Shown here one piece after another: positions 52,891 through 63,488 of a DNA stretch of 64,000 bases (positions are counted from its first letter, which is position 1; each line of letters begins with the position of its first letter). A program made the position numbers and the translations under genes. The DNA is from Salinispira sp. GTDB taxonomy: Bacteria > Spirochaetota > Spirochaetia > DSM-27196 > Salinispiraceae. The notes beneath the pieces were generated by a model, which was not told where the DNA came from, did no database searches, and worked only from the letters and a program-made list of their open reading frames with translations. The stretch spans positions 97,298-161,297 of the forward strand of contig CBDDDG010000002.1 of assembly GCA_965226555.1 (NCBI GenBank), read 5' to 3'.

Positions 52891-53933
52891 GAATTCATAT
52901 CCTGATACCAATCGTCAATGCGGGGACGCAGAGCATTAATAATGGAAAATATAAGAGCAAAAAATACCAATAGTGCTGCTGAAATATAATCCATAAACTG
53001 CTCCGACAAAAATATACCGATAAAATCACGCAGATCGGGAATTGTGTGTATACGAATAAGCAACAATCCTCCAATAATAACCAATACGGTAACAACCTGA
53101 TTTATAAGCGGCCAACGAGTCAGTCTGAGAAAAAGAAGGGTACTGAAGGTAAACCAAAAAAAGGCAATAACACATACAACATATCGTAATGAGAAGGTTT
53201 CGGCAAAATCATCCAACATTGTCAGAATTTGGGGAATGTGTACCGGCAATGCTACATGGAACATAAGATTATCTCTGCTGTTCACAATAGTTTCCGATGA
53301 CAGAACAATACGTTCCCCGTTGGGAAGATCAATAATGAGTTCAGGAGAATGTACGTTATAGGGAATAGCAGGAATGAAGCTGAGCCTCGCATTATCCGCA
53401 TCGCGTTCAACTAATGTATAATCGCTGCCGCTTTCATCATAGGGGTTGGGAAGACGATTGCTGTGATGATACAGAACTACTGTTTCCAGAAGGTCATCTC
53501 CAATATTTTCCAGATACACCGCCCCGCCGGGAAAATAGAAACTGTTTTTCTCCACCAGCCAGTTACTACTCGCGGTAAATTCCCTGGAATTATTTTGTTC
53601 AATTCTGCTGAGTGCATGATATCCGAAGAGAACAGAAGAAACCCCAACGAAAAATAAAAGAGTTAAGGCTATTCCTCTTCGCATTTCCGTCCAGAGTATG
53701 TGGTTCATCAAAAAAAATACTGATAACAACCCACCGAAAAAAAGGCTGACCTTCAATCCAGTAATGAGAAAAACGAAAAATACTGTTTGGCTGCCTTCCA
53801 CACTCCCATAGCGAACAAAATTAATAAGTATGAGGTATCCGCATATGGCAATGGTAAGCAGCAGGAGCATAATGATATATTGAAATGGAACGAGTAATTC
53901 TTTTTTCACTGTCTGTGATAATATCATGCTCAT
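52887..53933 (-). CDS. Hypothetical membrane protein
   Basis: 348-aa ORF with TM clusters, overlapping the next gene. Confidence 0.7.
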   Translation of the reverse strand: MSMILSQTVKKELLVPFQYIIMLLLLTIAICGYLILINFVRYGSVEGSQTVFFVFLITGLKVSLFFGGLLSVFFLMNHILWTEMRRGIALTLLFFVGVSSVLFGYHALSRIEQNNSREFTASSNWLVEKNSFYFPGGAVYLENIGDDLLETVVLYHHSNRLPNPYDESGSDYTLVERDADNARLSFIPAIPYNVHSPELIIDLPNGERIVLSSETIVNSRDNLMFHVALPVHIPQILTMLDDFAETFSLRYVVCVIAFFWFTFSTLLFLRLTRWPLINQVVTVLVIIGGLLLIRIHTIPDLRDFIGIFLSEQFMDYISAALLVFFALIFSIINALRPRIDDWYQDMNS

Positions 53934-53995
53934 TCCGTATATGGCAATTCCCGATTACTGCGCAAAAGTTTCAGGAGCAAAACTTTTTACAGAAG

Positions 53996-54234
53996 TTTTC
54001 CACAAGTTATACAAAATTTTATTTCGATAATTTCTTAATATATATATAATTATTTTTTCCCACTAAATATCGTTTCTGAAATAATATGGAAGACTCACGC
54101 TATATCTTTTTATAGTAAAGAATTAAGATTTGATGCGCATTCTCTGTTAAAAAGGCATGCGGTAAAACATATATATTCTTGGCAACATTGGAAATACATC
54201 GTATATGCTCATAATTATTCACAACTTATACACA
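53996..54234 (+). promoter_or_regulatory. DnaA-box-like cluster flanking an AT-rich core
   Basis: TTTTCCACA, TTATACAAA, TTATTCACA, TTATACACA. Confidence 0.45.
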
Positions 54235-54276
54235 TGGAGAATGAGTGATCTCAGTATGTTGCCTGCCGCTCTGTTT

Positions 54277-55080
54277 CTACGTGTCCAGCTTTTTTTTCAG
54301 TTCTTTCATCATTGCATCGACCTCAGGATCCGAAGAAGCAGATGCATTCGCAGATGCTGTATCGGGAGGAGTGTGTGTGTTTTTCTCTCCTTTGGTCATG
54401 CGTTCTCTGAGGTCATCGAGCATTTTCTGATCGGTCTCTCCCTCCTCAAGAAGGTTGAATTCTTGTTCCAGCGTCGGTTTTGAGGTCTCAAGATGAGCAA
54501 TTGCATCAGTTTCAGCTTCAATTTGCTCAACCCGGCCAGCCATTTTTTCAAAAGCATCAAAAGCAGATGTATCGGCTAATCCGCTTATATGTTCCTGAAT
54601 TTTCTTTTGGGCTTCTGCTCTCTTTGCGCGGGCAATAAGCAGGTTCTTTTTTTGGCGGGCGTCTTCAATGCGCTGCTGGAGTTCTCCAAGAGCAATTTTC
54701 AATTTCTCTACAGAATCGTGTTGAGCGCGTACCTGTTCCCGATATTTTTCTGCCAGAACATTACATTCTTTCTGTTGAGTAAGAGCCTTTCGCGCCAAAT
54801 CTTCATAATATTCTCTCCGGTCAGGTTCTTTTTCCGATGTCGTAAGGGCAAGAATGGCGCGGCCTTCCCATTCTTCAGCTTTTTGATGATGTTCATGGAC
54901 TCTGCGTTCAAAACGTTTTTCATCTGCAATGGCGCCGGCGACACTTTTTTTCGACTCAATAAGCTGCTCAGTCATTTCATTGACAAGCTGATTGAGCATT
55001 TTTTCAGGCTCTTCGGCCTTTGTCAGTAATTGATTGAGATGTGCTTTTATAACCCGGCCAAACCTGTTGAAAACTCCCAT
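54277..55080 (-). CDS. pspA: PspA/IM30 family protein
   Basis: GVFNRF...AEEPEKML...DLARKAL...LLIARAKRAEAQ. Confidence 0.9.
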   Translation of the reverse strand: MGVFNRFGRVIKAHLNQLLTKAEEPEKMLNQLVNEMTEQLIESKKSVAGAIADEKRFERRVHEHHQKAEEWEGRAILALTTSEKEPDRREYYEDLARKALTQQKECNVLAEKYREQVRAQHDSVEKLKIALGELQQRIEDARQKKNLLIARAKRAEAQKKIQEHISGLADTSAFDAFEKMAGRVEQIEAETDAIAHLETSKPTLEQEFNLLEEGETDQKMLDDLRERMTKGEKNTHTPPDTASANASASSDPEVDAMMKELKKKLDT

Positions 55081-55089
55081 ACTCGACAG

Positions 55090-55644
55090 TTATCCAAGAA
55101 AAACTTGCCCGGAATTATCTATAGCCAGAATTGTTTTACAGTTTGAACAGCGAAAACGGCCTGATCTTCCTGCTTTGAGCTTGGTGGAGCATATGGGACA
55201 CTTAAATATTTTCGGAAAGATACTGGTATCGCTACTGCCAAAACCCTGAGCAAAATATGCAACAGCCTCATCAATGCTGTCTTTAATGTTGAAAAACTGG
55301 GCAAAACCAAGGAGTTGAAATACCTCGTATACCTTCGGCTGTATTTCGAGAAGCACAAGGTCCCCATTGCGCGGCTTTACGGCTTTAAGGAATGCTGTAA
55401 AAGAACCAATACCCGTACTTGAAACATAATTTAATCCGCTGCATTGAAATACTAACCTCGTGTAACCGGCTTCAATAACCCTATTTACACGTTTTTGAAA
55501 AAAATTCGAATTATATGTATCAATATAACCGGTAAGGTAAAGAACTACACACCCTTCAGCTTCAACGACTTTTTGAAGTCGGATATTTATGGTATCATCT
55601 TTTTCTTCATCGAATCCGGGTACAATATCATTATTATCACTCAC
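55090..55644 (-). CDS. STAS anti-sigma-factor antagonist with C-terminal Zn ribbon
   Basis: LTGYIDTYNS, LNYVSSTGIG, VFQLLGF, CPIC...CSNC. Confidence 0.88.
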   Translation of the reverse strand: MSDNNDIVPGFDEEKDDTINIRLQKVVEAEGCVVLYLTGYIDTYNSNFFQKRVNRVIEAGYTRLVFQCSGLNYVSSTGIGSFTAFLKAVKPRNGDLVLLEIQPKVYEVFQLLGFAQFFNIKDSIDEAVAYFAQGFGSSDTSIFPKIFKCPICSTKLKAGRSGRFRCSNCKTILAIDNSGQVFLG

Positions 55645-55675
55645 GAACAACAACCTTTTGGTACAGATACATAGT

Positions 55676-55704
55676 ATTATATAGCGTTAATTTTTCTATG
55701 TCAA
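55676..55704 (-). promoter_or_regulatory. Consensus sigma70 promoter
   Basis: TTGACA-17 nt-TATAAT on the minus strand. Confidence 0.8.
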
Positions 55705-55782
55705 TATTTTAGAAATATCCTATGGGAAATAAACATTTATATGTTCATTTTATGCCAATTATATAGAATTTCGTCTGAATCC

Positions 55783-55811
55783 TTGACCCATACAGTACCG
55801 ATGAGTAGACT
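55783..55811 (+). promoter_or_regulatory. secA promoter (probably leaderless transcript)
   Basis: TTGACC-17 nt-TAGACT, 6 nt before the ATG. Confidence 0.55.
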
Positions 55812-55817
55812 TAAGGC

Positions 55818-58622
55818 ATGAAACTTCTCAAAAAATTTCGTGAAAAAAAGCACGATAATGACCTGAAAGAACTTTTGCCCAGCCTGCATGAAATTAACGC
55901 GCGGGAAATGTGGGCGCGGAAACTGAGCAATGATCAGTTTTCTCGTGAAACTGACCGCTTGAAGCAGGAATATCAGAAAAATAAAGACCTCGATGCACTT
56001 CTGCCGGATGCCTTTGCGCTTGTCCGTGAAGCTGCCAGGCGCGTTCTCGGTGAACGGCTCTATGATGTGCAGATTCTTGGAGGCATTGTCCTGAACCAGG
56101 GACGCATAATGGAGCTCAAAACCGGAGAGGGTAAGACACTATCGAGCACCGCCCCCGCATACCTTAACGCCCTGAGCGGAGAACCCGTCCACATTGTTAC
56201 CGTAAACGATTACCTGGTGCAGCGGGAAAATGCCTGGATGGGGCCGGTGTTCCACTTCCTCGGACTGACTACCGGATTTGTCATAAACTCCCTCCCCCTC
56301 GACCAACGCAAGGCAGCCTACGACTGCGATATAACCTACAGCACCAACAATGAAATAGCCTTCGATTATCTCAGAGACAACATGCGCTACCGCATGGAAG
56401 ACAAAATGCAGCGGGGACATCATTACTGCATTATTGACGAAATCGATTCCATCCTTATCGATGGCGCCCGCACCCCCCTCATTATCTCAGGCGCAGCCAA
56501 TGACGATACGCAGCGATATCTGAATGCCAAAAAAGTCGTGGCGGATCTCAGAGAATGCGCAAAGGATCCGGAAACCGAAGAATATCCCGAAGAACCCTCG
56601 GGAGATTACAAGGTTGATGAAAAAAACCGCAGGATCAGCTTCACCGACGAGGGTCTGAATAGCCTTGAAAGCGCCTGTGTCCGCAGGGGCATTTTCACCG
56701 GCGACCTCTACGACAGCGAAAACTTCGACTACATTCACTATGCCACTCAGGCCCTCCGCGCCCGCCGGCTTTTTCATGTGAATACCCACTATGTCCTACG
56801 GGGCAAAAAAGTTGAAATTGTTGATGAGTTTACCGGACGCATTCTCCATGGCCGCCGATACAGCGAGGGGCTGCATCAGGCAATTGAAGCAAAGGAAAAC
56901 ATGCGCATTCAACAGCGCAGCCGAACATTCGCGAGCATTACCTTTCAGAACTTCTTCAGAATGTACCATAAAATCAGCGGCATGACCGGAACAGCCGCCA
57001 GCGAAGAGCGGGAATTTATAAAAATATACGGACTCGATGTTGCCGTTATTCCCACAAACCGTCCGATCATCCGTAAAGATGAAGATGATGTCATATATCT
57101 CAATGAAAAAGATAAATTTGAGGCAATTTGTGAAGAAATAAAGACCGTCAGCAAGACCGGGCAGCCTGTTCTCATCGGAACAGTTTCAATTGACAAATCG
57201 GAGCGCCTGTCGAAGGTTCTGACACGGAAGGGCGTTCGGCATGAGGTGCTGAACGCGAAGAATCATGCGCGGGAGGCCGCCATTATTGCCGAGGCAGGCG
57301 CAGAGGGATCGGTAACCATTGCGACAAACATGGCCGGCCGCGGTACCGACATCAAACTCGGAGGGAACTCTGAGTTCCGCGCCCGGAGGGAGGCAGGAGA
57401 TGATGCCGCATCCTATGAAGAAGCTCTTGCCCGCGAAACAGAACACTGGTTTGAGCGTTCGAACCGCATTAAGGAACTCGGCGGCCTGTACATTCTCGGC
57501 ACCGAACGTCATGAGAGCAGGCGCATCGATAATCAGCTCCGCGGGCGAAGCGGAAGGCAGGGCGACCCTGGGCTGAGCCGTTTCTTTCTGAGCATGGACG
57601 ATGAACTCATGCGCCTGTTCGGCGGCAAATCGGCAAATATAAAAGGGCTCATGAGCAAGATCGGGATGAACAGCGATGTCGCAATCGACCATCCCCTGCT
57701 TAGCAAGGCAGTTGAACGGGCGCAGAACAAGGTAGAAGAGCGGAATTTTGACATTCGGAAACATCTTTTGAAATTTGATGATGTGCTGAATGAACAGAGA
57801 AAATTTATTTATGAACAGCGGAGCGATATACTCTCCGACAATTCCCTCATTGAGAGGATTCTCACAAGCGCATCGGATATGACGGCAAGCTATTTTCACG
57901 ATTGGAAGAACAAGCAGAACGTGCACAGCAGCGATATACCCGAACTGATCGCCTGGCTCAGGGAAAACCTCTTCTACACACTTCCCTCGAACATCGACCT
58001 CACGGGCCGCAGCCCTGAAGAGGCACTGAAACAGATAATGAAAACCATTGAAGGTGAGTTGCGTGAAAAGGAAAAATCTATCGGAGCAGAAATCCTGAAT
58101 CAGGCGCTTCGCCGTGAATATCTCATGAACATCGACCTGCGGTGGCAGGATCATCTTGAAAACCTTGAGGCACTGAGGGAATCGGTGTATCTGCGCAGTT
58201 ATGCCCAGAAAAACCCCCTTCTGGAGTACAAGCTCGAAGGTTTTCAGATATTTGATGAGATGCTCGACGATATCCGCCGCACGCTTCTCCGTAAGCTCAT
58301 ATTGGTTAAGGTTGCGGGACTGAGTAACAAACCGCACATTCAGATACCACAGGGTTATATGAGCCACCGCGAACTTAATTTACTCCATGCCAATCAGATG
58401 CAGGCGGAAAGCGGGCAGATGCAGGCGGGAAACCCCCTCGCGCAGAACAGACAGGCAGCAGGAAACAGACTGGCGCCGGGCGGACAGGCAGACGGAGGCG
58501 GACAGGGTCAGCTGCCCGGACAGCGGGTAACAACCGTTGTCCGCGAACATCCCAAGGTTGGCCGAAACGACCCCTGCCCCTGCGGAAGCGGAAAAAAATA
58601 CAAGTACTGCCACGGCCGCTGA
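55818..58622 (+). CDS. secA: Preprotein translocase subunit SecA
   Basis: [65 protein letters not shown]. Confidence 0.98.
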   Translation: MKLLKKFREKKHDNDLKELLPSLHEINAREMWARKLSNDQFSRETDRLKQEYQKNKDLDALLPDAFALVREAARRVLGERLYDVQILGGIVLNQGRIMELKTGEGKTLSSTAPAYLNALSGEPVHIVTVNDYLVQRENAWMGPVFHFLGLTTGFVINSLPLDQRKAAYDCDITYSTNNEIAFDYLRDNMRYRMEDKMQRGHHYCIIDEIDSILIDGARTPLIISGAANDDTQRYLNAKKVVADLRECAKDPETEEYPEEPSGDYKVDEKNRRISFTDEGLNSLESACVRRGIFTGDLYDSENFDYIHYATQALRARRLFHVNTHYVLRGKKVEIVDEFTGRILHGRRYSEGLHQAIEAKENMRIQQRSRTFASITFQNFFRMYHKISGMTGTAASEEREFIKIYGLDVAVIPTNRPIIRKDEDDVIYLNEKDKFEAICEEIKTVSKTGQPVLIGTVSIDKSERLSKVLTRKGVRHEVLNAKNHAREAAIIAEAGAEGSVTIATNMAGRGTDIKLGGNSEFRARREAGDDAASYEEALARETEHWFERSNRIKELGGLYILGTERHESRRIDNQLRGRSGRQGDPGLSRFFLSMDDELMRLFGGKSANIKGLMSKIGMNSDVAIDHPLLSKAVERAQNKVEERNFDIRKHLLKFDDVLNEQRKFIYEQRSDILSDNSLIERILTSASDMTASYFHDWKNKQNVHSSDIPELIAWLRENLFYTLPSNIDLTGRSPEEALKQIMKTIEGELREKEKSIGAEILNQALRREYLMNIDLRWQDHLENLEALRESVYLRSYAQKNPLLEYKLEGFQIFDEMLDDIRRTLLRKLILVKVAGLSNKPHIQIPQGYMSHRELNLLHANQMQAESGQMQAGNPLAQNRQAAGNRLAPGGQADGGGQGQLPGQRVTTVVREHPKVGRNDPCPCGSGKKYKYCHGR

Positions 58623-58687
58623 GAGTCGGAGCGCGCCGCTTCAGTCGGAACGCGCCGCTTCAGCCGGAGCGCGCCTTATGATATACT

Positions 58688-59575
58688 GTGCCTGTGAATG
58701 CTTTTGCGGATCATCTGAAACACATACGAAAAAACCTGGGCATGACCCAGCGCGCGCTGGGAGAGCGTCTAGGGGTCGGACAAACTGCCATTGCGAACTA
58801 TGAGCAGGGAAGCCGTTCCCCCGATCCCCGGAGCCTGCAAAAGCTCGCCAACATTCTCTCTGTAACAGTCGATGATCTCCTCGGGCATGCGCTCCGCCCC
58901 AATGCGCCCCATGCGACGCTCCGACCCTGCGAAACCCTCGCCGATTTAGATATATCCTATGAAATTGATACCTACATTAATCTCATACTGTATAATCGAC
59001 CTGTTGCCGCCATCGACCGCATCATCAACATTGCCGACCTCGGAGTATCGGTACAGAAAATTTACCGTGATATTCTTGAGCCCATCACCGCCCGGGCAAT
59101 GGAAATGATCAAATCGCAGCAATGTACCATTCATCAGGAATTCTCTCTGGCTCAGAGTCTCACATCATCCATGGGAATTCTGCAAAAATATGTTGTCCGC
59201 AGGGCAGCGAACGAAAAGAGCTTTCTCGGCATTACCGTAGGCAACGATTCGCATAATATCGGACTCATAATGATATGCAATTTCATGCACATGGAAGGCT
59301 GGGACGTATGGTGTCTGGACAAGTTTTCTCCAGACAGATTACAGGCAATTACTGTTTTCAAACCAGATGTTCTCGGCATTTCGGTTACTGTTGCCGAGCA
59401 CATTCTGGAAGCGGAGGAACTCATATGCGCCGTAAAAAGATACCAACGGCATCCTCTCATTATGGTTGGCGGGCAGGCCTTTGCAGCCGACCCCCAATTG
59501 TGGCGGAAAATTAATGCCGATGCCTTCGCTGCAGGCGGCGTAAGCGCGGCAGGCTTGCTCGCCCGGCTCATTTGA
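58688..59575 (+). CDS. XRE-HTH / cobalamin-binding domain regulator
   Basis: MTQRALGERLGVGQTAIANYEQG; DSHNIG (DxHxxG); LGISV; MVGG. Confidence 0.8.
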   Translation: MPVNAFADHLKHIRKNLGMTQRALGERLGVGQTAIANYEQGSRSPDPRSLQKLANILSVTVDDLLGHALRPNAPHATLRPCETLADLDISYEIDTYINLILYNRPVAAIDRIINIADLGVSVQKIYRDILEPITARAMEMIKSQQCTIHQEFSLAQSLTSSMGILQKYVVRRAANEKSFLGITVGNDSHNIGLIMICNFMHMEGWDVWCLDKFSPDRLQAITVFKPDVLGISVTVAEHILEAEELICAVKRYQRHPLIMVGGQAFAADPQLWRKINADAFAAGGVSAAGLLARLI

Positions 59576-59595
59576 TAGCGGGAGCAAAAGAGAAG

Positions 59596-60573
59596 ATGAA
59601 AAAGCAGAACCACCAACCCATTATTGTTCTGAAAATCGGCGGCGGCGCAGTCCGGCAACTCGGCGCAGTCCGGCAACTCGGCGCAGTCCGGCAACTCGGC
59701 GCAGTTCGGCAACTCGCCGGCGGGGAGCGGGAAGCCTCAGGCGCCCTCTTTCATGACATTTCTGCCTTGTCGGAAAAATATCGCTGGGTTCTCGTTCACG
59801 GCGGCGGCGCTCAGACCAGCGAAATATCACGTCAGTATGGCATTGAACCCCGTTTTGTCGATGGCATTCGGCAAACCAGTCCGCAGGAAATGAACATTGT
59901 TGATATGGGACTCGCCGGACTCATGAATACCGCCATACTGCGCCGGGCTGCATCAGCAGGACTGAAGCCCGTTGGACTCAGCGGAGTAGATGCCGGTCTC
60001 TTTTCTGCCGAGAAATTGTCGGCCGCTAATCATAGCGGTAGAATCATTTCTGTTAATCCTGATATAGTACTTTATCTCCTGAACGGGAATTATCTGCCGG
60101 TTATAAGCTCGGTGAGCAGTAATGCCCGGGGAGAGGGGGTAAATGTTAATGCAGATGATGCGGCGCTGGCGCTTGCTGCGGCGCTGGCTGCGGCTCCGCC
60201 GCCTCCGCGCTCCGCGGCTCGCGGAACGCGCTCCGCGGTTTTTTCTGCGCCTTCGCGCTCCGCGGATCTTTCTGCGCCTTCGCGCTCCGCGGATCGCGGC
60301 GCCATGAGGTTGATATTTATCTCCGACATTGCGGGTGTGCTTGGAGCAGAAAATGCCGGGGGCACACGGGAAATACTCCCGGTATTGAATGCGGAAACAG
60401 CCGGGGAATTGATACAAACAGGCCACATACAGGATGGGATGATTCCAAAGGTCAGGAATGCTCTCAACTTCCTGAAAAGAGGAATTGGAGCAGTCCATAT
60501 AGCCGATGTTACCGGCAGCGGCGATTTGCAGAAAATTATTCAGGGCGAGCGCGGAACAACTATCACCCGCTGA
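59596..60573 (+). CDS. argB: Acetylglutamate kinase
   Basis: LKIGG, LVHGGG, FVDGIRQT, NVNAD, GMIPKV, GTTI. Confidence 0.9.
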   Translation: MKKQNHQPIIVLKIGGGAVRQLGAVRQLGAVRQLGAVRQLAGGEREASGALFHDISALSEKYRWVLVHGGGAQTSEISRQYGIEPRFVDGIRQTSPQEMNIVDMGLAGLMNTAILRRAASAGLKPVGLSGVDAGLFSAEKLSAANHSGRIISVNPDIVLYLLNGNYLPVISSVSSNARGEGVNVNADDAALALAAALAAAPPPPRSAARGTRSAVFSAPSRSADLSAPSRSADRGAMRLIFISDIAGVLGAENAGGTREILPVLNAETAGELIQTGHIQDGMIPKVRNALNFLKRGIGAVHIADVTGSGDLQKIIQGERGTTITR

Positions 60574-60683
60574 AAAAAACACCGGGAACCCTGTGCTTTA
60601 TGCAAAAGTTTCTACAAAATGCGATAATGCTCAGCGCAGAAAAGCATTTCGGAGCGCTGAATCAAAAAAGGAGGCTGAGGAAC

Positions 60684-61976
60684 ATGAAAAATAATCATTC
60701 GCCGCGCCGACACACAGAAAATCAGCATTCGCCGCGGCAATACGCAGAAAATCATTATTTGCCCCGCCAATACGCAGAAAACCTGCTCATTATGGAAGAT
60801 GGCAATGGTGTTCGAATTCGGGATGCCGGCGGTAAGGAATATCTGGACTTTGCCTCAGGCATAGCGGTCAACTCCCTTGGGTACGGGAGAAAAGATTTCG
60901 CTCACATACTCGCATCGCAGGCAGAAAAATTGATGCATACCAGTAATCTCTTCACCTCCCGACCAACCCTCGAACTGGCTGCAAAACTCTGCTCCTCAAG
61001 CCCCATCCCGGCGGATCAACCCTGGGAGAGTGGAAAAAATCCCGCATACTTTAGCGCTGTTCATTTCGGAAACAGCGGCGCCGAAGCCAATGAGGCTGCC
61101 CTCAAATATGCGCGCCTCTGGCATTACCGGCAGGAACGGCAGGCACATATGATTCTTGCCTTTCATAAGGGCTTTCATGGCAGAACCATGGGCGCCCTCT
61201 CGCTTACCTCGGAGGAAAAATACCGTCTTCCCTTCCATCCCCTCGTGCCCGGTGTGCTATTTGCCCGCTTCAATGATCCTGATGATATGAAAAAAACCAT
61301 CGCGGAACATCCGCAGATCGGGGCAATTATTGTCGAACCGATACAGGGAGAATCTGGACTCAATACCATGACGGCAGACTTTGCCGCTCAGCTGAACACG
61401 GTATGTTCAACCAACAACATTCTCCTCATTGCCGATGAAGTTCAAACCGGGCTCGGCCGCTGCGCTGCGCTCTATGCCTCCGAGATCATCGGCCTCAAAC
61501 CAGACATCATCACACTCTCCAAACCCCTCGCGGGCGGACTCCCCCTTTCGGCAACCCTCATTGGAGCAAAAATCAACGATCTACTCACACCCGGCGACCA
61601 CGGCAGCACATTCGGCGGCGGCCCCGTGAGCTGCGTAGTAGCAAACGCCGTGTGGGACATTATCAACGCGCCCGAATTTCTGAACACAGTACGGAGCACT
61701 GCCGAATATTTCGAACAGCGCCTTCGGCACATACAGGCATCCTTCCCCCGCTTCTTCAGCTCTGAAGCGCCGAGGGGTCTGGGGCTTCTCCGCGGACTTG
61801 CCGTGAAAGACCCATCGCAGCTGCCCCTTCTCATATCCCGCGCCATAGACAGGGGTCTGCTCATACTCCGTTCGGGCAACAACATACTTCGCTTTGCGCC
61901 TCCGCTCATCATTTCCCCCGATGAAATTGGGGAAATGGAAACACGATTACAGAAGGCATTAGGAGATATGGAATGA
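60684..61976 (+). CDS. argD: Acetylornithine aminotransferase
   Basis: YLDFASGIAVNSLG, NSGAEANEAALK, FHGRT, DEVQTGLGR, HGSTFGG. Confidence 0.9.
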   Translation: MKNNHSPRRHTENQHSPRQYAENHYLPRQYAENLLIMEDGNGVRIRDAGGKEYLDFASGIAVNSLGYGRKDFAHILASQAEKLMHTSNLFTSRPTLELAAKLCSSSPIPADQPWESGKNPAYFSAVHFGNSGAEANEAALKYARLWHYRQERQAHMILAFHKGFHGRTMGALSLTSEEKYRLPFHPLVPGVLFARFNDPDDMKKTIAEHPQIGAIIVEPIQGESGLNTMTADFAAQLNTVCSTNNILLIADEVQTGLGRCAALYASEIIGLKPDIITLSKPLAGGLPLSATLIGAKINDLLTPGDHGSTFGGGPVSCVVANAVWDIINAPEFLNTVRSTAEYFEQRLRHIQASFPRFFSSEAPRGLGLLRGLAVKDPSQLPLLISRAIDRGLLILRSGNNILRFAPPLIISPDEIGEMETRLQKALGDME

Positions 61977-63286
61977 CCGACAGCACAAAAACGACCGCCG
62001 GCACAAAAACAACCGACAGCACAAAGAAATTGAATAAAATTGTGCTCGCCTATTCCGGCGGGCTCGATACATCCATCATCATCCCGTGGCTTAAGGAAAA
62101 TTATCATAACCCCGAAATTATCGGGGTCTGCGTAAATGTCGGCCAGCAGGAAAATTGGGAAGCCATACGCAAAAAGGCTGAGGCCTCCGGCGCCGCAAAG
62201 CTCTACATAATAGATGCCCGAGAAGAATTCGTTACCGATTATCTCTGGCCCCTGCTGCGTTCGGGAGCGGTGTACGAGGGGAAGTATCTGCTCGGCACCT
62301 CCATTGCCCGCCCCCTTCAGGCTCGGCATCAGGTCGATATTGCCCTTCGCGAGGACGCCGATGCTCTTGCTCATGGCTGCACCGGCAAGGGAAACGATCA
62401 AATACGCTTTGAACTTACCTACAAGGCCCTCGCTCCCGAGCTTGAAATTATCGCTCCATGGAGAATATGGGATATCCGCAGCCGGGAACAGGCCATTGCA
62501 TATGCCCGGCAGCACAATATCCCCATTGGAAATATCAATGAAAAAAATATCTACAGCCGCGACTGGAATGTCTGGCATATGAGCCATGAGGGCGGATCAT
62601 TGGAAAATCCATGGAATCGTCCGGAAAACGATACATTCCAGCTCACGGTCGATCCCAGGGATGCGCCCGACACGGAAACAGAGGTGCTCATACGCTTTGA
62701 AAAGGGCCTGCCTGTCAGCATTGACGGAGAAACCCTTCCTCCCTTCGCAATTCTCGAAAAACTAAATACCATTGGCGGAGCTAACGGCATCGGCCGCATC
62801 GATCTGGTTGAAACACGGCTTGTCGGCATGAAGAGCCGGGGGGTCTACGAAACTCCGGGCGGAACAATTCTCTACCATGCGCTTCGGGAATTGGAGATGA
62901 TTACCATGGATGCCGATACGCTCTCCTTAAAAAATGTTATTGCGCTTCAGTACGCAAAGCTTGTGTACTCAGGCAAGTGGTTTACGCATTTCCGTGAATG
63001 TATGGATGCCTACATGCAGCAGGCAACCCGCTACTGCACGGGCGATGTCCGCCTCATATTGTATAAGGGAAACATTACGCTGGTCGGCCGGCGGAGTCCC
63101 TATGCTCTGTACATTGAAGATTTAGCAAGTTTCGGCGACCATACATATGACCACCGCGATGCAACCGGTTTCATTAACCTGTACGGGCTTTCCACCGGGG
63201 TGCAGGCAATTGTACACAAAAACCGCGACGCGGTTTCCGGCCCTGCCGCAGAAATGCGGACTATGGCCGGCTTCAGCGAAGGGTGA
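61973..63286 (+). CDS. argG: Argininosuccinate synthase
   Basis: LAYSGGLDTS, HGCTGKGNDQ, GMKSRGVYETPGG. Confidence 0.97.
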   Translation: MTDSTKTTAGTKTTDSTKKLNKIVLAYSGGLDTSIIIPWLKENYHNPEIIGVCVNVGQQENWEAIRKKAEASGAAKLYIIDAREEFVTDYLWPLLRSGAVYEGKYLLGTSIARPLQARHQVDIALREDADALAHGCTGKGNDQIRFELTYKALAPELEIIAPWRIWDIRSREQAIAYARQHNIPIGNINEKNIYSRDWNVWHMSHEGGSLENPWNRPENDTFQLTVDPRDAPDTETEVLIRFEKGLPVSIDGETLPPFAILEKLNTIGGANGIGRIDLVETRLVGMKSRGVYETPGGTILYHALRELEMITMDADTLSLKNVIALQYAKLVYSGKWFTHFRECMDAYMQQATRYCTGDVRLILYKGNITLVGRRSPYALYIEDLASFGDHTYDHRDATGFINLYGLSTGVQAIVHKNRDAVSGPAAEMRTMAGFSEG

Positions 63287-63461
63287 GCGGCGAGCGTGAT
63301 GGCGGCGGGTGCGCGTTATGCTGATGCGGCGAGCGTGATGTTGGCAGGTGCGCGTTATGGTGATGCGGCGAGCGTGATGTTGGCAGGTGCGCGTTATGGT
63401 GATGCGGCGAGCGTGATGGCGGCGGGTGCGCGTTATGCTGATGCGGCGAGCGTGATGGCGA
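63287..63461. repeat. 39-bp intergenic tandem repeat (~4.5 copies)
   Basis: GCGGCGAGCGTGATGGCGGCGGGTGCGCGTTATGCTGAT units. Confidence 0.9.
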
Positions 63462-63488
63462 TCTGCGCCGCGGGAGGTTTCAGTGAAT

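Noticed and set aside
63287..63461. 39-bp repeats as a CRISPR array
   Set aside because: Head-to-tail units with no unique spacers, and no cas genes in the window.
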